64,000 nucleotides of DNA from Diadema antillarum. Lineage: Eukaryota. Shown piece after piece: positions 63,782-64,000 of the stretch (position 1 is the stretch's first letter; each line of letters opens with the position of its first letter). The translations under genes and the position numbers were made by a program. The stretch is from contig NW_027271996.1 in the NCBI RefSeq assembly GCF_040938485.1, positions 434,001-498,000 on the forward strand, written 5' to 3'. The notes under the pieces were generated by a model. That model was not told the DNA's origin and ran no database searches. It saw only the letters and a list, made by a program, of their open reading frames with translations.

Positions 63782-64000
63782 ATGGCAGACGGTGACTACA
63801 AATACAATTACGATGACGGGAACTCCCCGCTTGTCAGTGGTAGGCCCGACAGAAATCATCATGCATCAAATGATGGGAGGGTTGTCGAGGAAGAGGAGCA
63901 CGACGATGACGACGTGGAACTGACAGGCTGCGGTGCGACAGCGGCCTGTGATCCCCGGAAACCTCTTCACCGATATCTCATGCTTATTCTCATCTGTTTT
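63782..64000 (+). CDS. MFSD1: MFSD1 lysosomal MFS transporter, N-terminal coding exon, truncated by window end
   Basis: Open frame MADGDYKYNYDDGNSPLVSG...EEEEHDDDDVELTGCGATAACDPRKPLHRYLMLILICF. The CDP..xxHRxxxLxLxCF segment matches the start of MFSD1 TM1. Absent from the ORF track because there is no stop before the window end. Confidence 0.85.
   Translation, partial: MADGDYKYNYDDGNSPLVSGRPDRNHHASNDGRVVEEEEHDDDDVELTGCGATAACDPRKPLHRYLMLILICF

Overview
AT-rich eukaryotic genomic DNA with spliceosomal introns, microsatellites and four N gaps. Gene content and repeat families suggest an invertebrate deuterostome, probably a sea urchin or other echinoderm (inference). The ORF track misses most real coding sequence, so I rebuilt exon chains by hand from GT-AG junctions with phase checks. 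Four protein-coding genes are supported. (1) A divergent adhesion GPCR on + (at least 15 exons, 9990-29982) with a degenerate SUEL/Gal-lectin-like module, a short GAIN domain, a GPS motif CNHTTSFAVLL and a complete 7TM; its 5' end is unresolved. (2) A TMEM45-family gene on - (39663-40751) with a single-exon CDS and a ~100-aa hydrophilic insertion. (3) RNASEH2B on - (10 exons, 61747-51457, 316 aa, C-terminal PIP box). (4) The first coding exon of MFSD1 on + (63782 to window end), head-to-head with RNASEH2B. The rest is a dense mosaic of non-autonomous DNA transposons (Harbinger-, Kolobok-, piggyBac-, Sola-, Tc1-, hAT-like and foldback types), a decayed RTE LINE carrying nested insertions, and tRNA-derived SINEs. 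I see no clear-cut novel multi-gene system. The best leads are the adhesion GPCR architecture, a transposon-supplied in-frame splice acceptor inside it, the TMEM45 insertion with a possible transposon-derived first exon, and three hAT-like families with 5-, 6- and 7-bp target duplications instead of 8 bp.
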